This document shows, piece after piece, positions 38,500-40,812 of a stretch of 40,812 nucleotides of DNA (positions within the stretch are counted from its first letter, which is position 1; the number at the start of each line of letters is the position of its first letter). The notes beneath the pieces were generated by a model, which did not search any database, was not told the origin of the DNA, and saw only the letters and a program-made list of their open reading frames with translations. The stretch lies in IMG/VR virus record IMGVR_UViG_3300025691_000011; one strand, written 5' to 3'. A program made the translations under genes and the position numbers. The stretch comes from a virus.

Positions 38500-38531
38500 C
38501 AAATGTATATACAAAAACAATACAAACCAAA
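38500..38531 (-). promoter_or_regulatory. Bacteroidota promoter of cassette 2 with overlapping palindrome
   Basis: Minus strand TTTG (38528-38531), 20 nt, TACATTTG (38500-38507); perfect palindrome TGTATATACA at 38504-38513. Confidence 0.8.
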
Positions 38532-38599
38532 TTTATTTTAAACTTTTTCCAAAATATTTTATAAATGGCTGAAAATGAGTGCTAAAAATCCGCATCAGC

Positions 38600-38731
38600 C
38601 ACTAACACACGCTTGGCAAAAGTGGCGGTGCAGTACTCCGCTCGACATTTTCTGCGATATTCAACATTCGTTCTCCGCATCAGCATTCGTGGTTAAAATC
38701 GCCACCTTCGCCAAGCGTTTTGACGCTATAT
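38600..38731 (+). repeat. attC-like element 2, right core mutated (GCT instead of GTT)
   Basis: CACTAAC ... GCTATAT; arms CGCTTGGCAAAAGTGGCG (38610-38627) and CGCCACCTTCGCCAAGCG (38700-38717) complementary at 16/18. Confidence 0.75.
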
Positions 38732-38778
38732 ATTACAAAAATACTAAATGTTAAATAATGTTAAAACTAAAAAGGTTA

Positions 38779-38810
38779 TTTGCATAATTAAAATAAGTGT
38801 TGTAAGTTTG
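38779..38810 (+). promoter_or_regulatory. Bacteroidota promoter of cassette 3
   Basis: TTTG (38779-38782), 20 nt, TAAGTTTG (38803-38810). Confidence 0.8.
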
Positions 38811-38897
38811 TGCTATCAAATTAATTAATCACATCAAGTATATGAACAATGGTTATCAAAAATGAGAAAATAGTAATCACTTATAAATAATAGAAAA

Positions 38898-39341
38898 ATG
38901 GAAAATTCAAACATCATCTTCAAAAACGACAACTTGGAAATTTTTTGGCAAGTTGGAAGCACTCCAATGAATGGAGATGCAAAAGGAGTAAAAATGAACT
39001 GCAAAGCGGTAAATCCAAACGATGGAAAAGAGTATGAAAAATTCGCTGGTTGGATTGGTTTATCGCTTGCTTTGCACAATGGGGCAAAAACACCTGGTTA
39101 TATCAATGATGCAGCTTGTGATTTAATTCAAAAACACAAAGAGAAAATCTTACCTGCAATTATTGATTTTTTAGAAGCAAATGGGAAACAATATCGTGCG
39201 AAAGAATTTCGTGAAGCAAATGGAAGAAGTGCAGGTAATGGAGTTGACTTTAAAACTTCATATCCTTTCGGAGAAGGTCAAAGACAAAAAGTAAGAACAA
39301 TGATGCAGAAAAACGCACCCGAATGCACAAACCACTTGTAA
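38898..39341 (+). CDS. Hypothetical protein (147 aa)
   Basis: ORF track; downstream of the cassette 3 promoter. Confidence 0.75.
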   Translation: MENSNIIFKNDNLEIFWQVGSTPMNGDAKGVKMNCKAVNPNDGKEYEKFAGWIGLSLALHNGAKTPGYINDAACDLIQKHKEKILPAIIDFLEANGKQYRAKEFREANGRSAGNGVDFKTSYPFGEGQRQKVRTMMQKNAPECTNHL

Positions 39342-39342
39342 A

Positions 39343-39510
39343 ATGAGAAAAAACATAGACTTATCTGTTTTTAAGCAGAAAATCCACACCAAAAGATGCA
39401 GATTTTCCGATTTGAGTAACTCAAGTGAGAAACCAAGACAAGACTTCCGAAGTGTGCAATTAAGCATCAGAAGTATATTAATACAAAGATATGAAAAGTA
39501 TAACAATTAA
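39343..39510 (+). CDS. Possible small hypothetical protein (55 aa)
   Basis: Hand-translated MRKNIDLSVFKQKIHTKRCRFSDL...; starts 1 nt after the previous stop and fills the gap. Confidence 0.4.
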   Translation: MRKNIDLSVFKQKIHTKRCRFSDLSNSSEKPRQDFRSVQLSIRSILIQRYEKYNN

Positions 39511-39745
39511 TAACGTTCGATTTGTAATTCAAGCGTTTGACAAAGACAATTTCTTTAATTTAAGTCCGATTGATAACGGTGATATTCATTTTGATAAGAA
39601 ACTTGGATGTCTTCAATTCGATTTACGGCAGAAAAAAAATATCATTTTTCACACTGGTAAAGATAGTACCTATTCTTTGGATTTTATCTCAAAAATAAAC
39701 ATTCAGGAAGTGTCGTCAGAAGTTCACGCACTTTGTGAAAAATGA
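39491..39745 (+). CDS. Hypothetical protein (84 aa)
   Basis: ORF track; its TGA sits 1 nt before the left core of attC-like element 3, as in integron cassettes. Confidence 0.75.
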   Translation: MKSITINNVRFVIQAFDKDNFFNLSPIDNGDIHFDKKLGCLQFDLRQKKNIIFHTGKDSTYSLDFISKINIQEVSSEVHALCEK

Positions 39746-39746
39746 C

Positions 39747-39878
39747 GGCTAACGGCAAAGTATTGCTGTCAGGTGGGGATTAAAAGAACTACTGCCCCAT
39801 GATAGCACTAAAGTAAAATAGTAGTTCAATTGCTGAATTTGGAACGTCTGCCCCACTTGCAGCAATACGATGTTGTAG
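39747..39878 (+). repeat. attC-like element 3 (132 bp)
   Basis: GGCTAAC ... GTTGTAG; arms GTATTGCTGTCAGGTGGGG (39760-39778) and CCCCACTTGCAGCAATAC (39851-39868) pair with one unpaired base; inner stem GAACTACT/AGTAGTTC. Confidence 0.8.
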
Positions 39879-39898
39879 GCAGGCATAATTATTAAAAT

Positions 39899-40075
39899 AT
39901 GTCAAAACAAGAGTATAACAATATCTATGATGTTGTTTACAAAACAAAAAGCGGTAGAGCTATGGTTGCAAAACGAGTAGAAGCAAAAACCGCAAATGCA
40001 GCAAAGGCAAAAATAAAAAGCCAAATGCGTGCATCATCTTCGTTTGATAAAGTCGTAATGGCTATCAAACTATAA
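39899..40075 (+). CDS. Small basic hypothetical protein (58 aa), single-gene cassette
   Basis: Hand-translated MSKQEYNNIYDVVYKTKSGRAMVAKRVEAKTANAAKAKIKSQMRASSSFDKVVMAIKL; lies between elements 3 and 4. Confidence 0.7.
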   Translation: MSKQEYNNIYDVVYKTKSGRAMVAKRVEAKTANAAKAKIKSQMRASSSFDKVVMAIKL

Positions 40076-40105
40076 TTATATGGCAAGTCGGCTTTGTCGG
40101 CTTGC

Positions 40106-40240
40106 CTATAACGTTTTGCCCGCTTTGCGCAGGGCTGGAAATAGAATTACAAATATTCAAAATTTATTCAAATGCAAAATAGAAATTCAAGAGTTGAGAA
40201 TGGCACGTCTGCCAGCCTTGTGCAAAACGGCTTGTTAGGC
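40106..40240 (+). repeat. attC-like element 4 (135 bp)
   Basis: CTATAAC ... GTTAGGC; arms CCGCTTTGCGCAGGGCTGG (40120-40138) and CCAGCCTTGTGCAAAACGG (40212-40230) complementary at 16/19; shares GG(A/C)ACGTCTGCC with element 3. Confidence 0.8.
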
Positions 40241-40249
40241 GATGTTGAT

Positions 40250-40812
40250 ATGAAAGCTCTCAAATTAATGTGTTCCGATGATGAGTTACGAGAATGGATG
40301 ACAAAACCATTTTCTGTCGGTAATCAAACTTGCGCCACAAATGGCTGGTCGCTCCTGGTGGTTGACAAGAAAAGCGATTATCCTGATATGTCCGATAAAA
40401 CAAAAAGTGTCTATCCTGTTGAACTTTCATTTACAAACAAACTTGAAATTTCAAAAGTCAAAGCAGCGATTGATAAAATTCCTTTGATTGATTGTTTTGA
40501 TAAAGTTGTATCAAAATGTAATGCCTGTTATGGCGAAGGCGAAGTTGAGTATGAATTTGAACACAAAGGAAGAACCTATGAAATTGAACATGAATGCCCT
40601 GTTTGCGAAGGCGAAGGACAAACTGAACAAGTAAGCAAAATACCAAATGAAAAAAAAGAAATTGACAGTTCAAAATATGTGAAACTTGGTGTAAATCGTC
40701 TAAATATTGAAAGGGTACTTGAACTTATCAAAGTTGCAGAATTGAAAGGTGTGCATGAAGTTTTTTATCAACTTCCTGTTGAGAATAAACCTGTCGCATT
40801 CAAAATTGGTGA
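40250..40812 (+). CDS. Partial Zn-finger-containing protein, possibly sliding-clamp (DnaN)-like; runs off the right edge
   Basis: Hand-translated MKALKLMCSDDELREWMTKPFSVGNQTCATNGWSLL...CNACYGEG...CPVCEGEG...; open to the window end, 9 nt after element 4. Confidence 0.7.
   Translation, partial: MKALKLMCSDDELREWMTKPFSVGNQTCATNGWSLLVVDKKSDYPDMSDKTKSVYPVELSFTNKLEISKVKAAIDKIPLIDCFDKVVSKCNACYGEGEVEYEFEHKGRTYEIEHECPVCEGEGQTEQVSKIPNEKKEIDSSKYVKLGVNRLNIERVLELIKVAELKGVHEVFYQLPVENKPVAFKIG

Larger units (their letters stand above)
1..40812. mobile_element. Segment of a Bacteroidota-infecting podovirus-type phage or prophage (crAss-like-type virion module)
   Basis: Terminase, portal-sized, capsid, tail and ejection-type genes are co-oriented; Bacteroidota promoters (TTTG-N20-TAnnTTTG) and a DUF3127-like gene are present; no housekeeping genes seen. 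Confidence 0.9.
37198..40812 (+). mobile_element. Integron-like gene-cassette array (at least 5 units; continues past the right edge)
   Basis: Four attC-like hairpins plus an initial core site; the core sites at the two ends of the same unit are complementary in 3 of 4 complete units. Confidence 0.75.

Noticed and set aside
37896-40240. CRISPR array interpretation of the repeated hairpins
   Set aside because: The elements are ~130 bp, divergent in sequence and separated by whole genes; there are no identical 25-45 bp repeats with uniform spacers and no cas genes.
1-40812. Alternative genetic code (stop-codon recoding as in some crAss-like phages)
   Set aside because: Structural genes are full length under the standard code with tight intergenic spacing, and TAA, TAG and TGA all appear as stops.

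Overview
The whole window looks like part of an AT-rich podovirus-type phage (or prophage) of Bacteroidota, with a crAss-like/Flavobacteria-phage-type virion gene set. No host genes are visible. From about 35.7 kb leftwards, the minus strand carries a morphogenesis block: scaffold-like protein, major capsid protein, chaperoned tail fibre, three tail ring proteins, tail stabilisation protein, three putative ejection proteins (one a 3015-aa polyvalent protein with an HExxH metallopeptidase), terminase, portal and a second tail fibre. At 34.7-37.1 kb lie a tyrosine-recombinase-fold gene lacking key catalytic residues, an AT-rich non-coding region with a GC-skew switch, and a RepL-like gene. The most striking feature starts at 37,198 and runs off the right edge: an integron-like gene-cassette array. 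Four ~125-135 bp imperfect hairpins bounded by ..AAC and GTT.. (attC-like) separate small-gene units. In 3 of the 4 complete units, the left core of the closing hairpin is complementary to the GTT core that opens the same unit, as expected for cassettes recombined at G|TT. No canonical integron integrase is in the window. Product calls come from motif recognition and gene context only; no database search was run.
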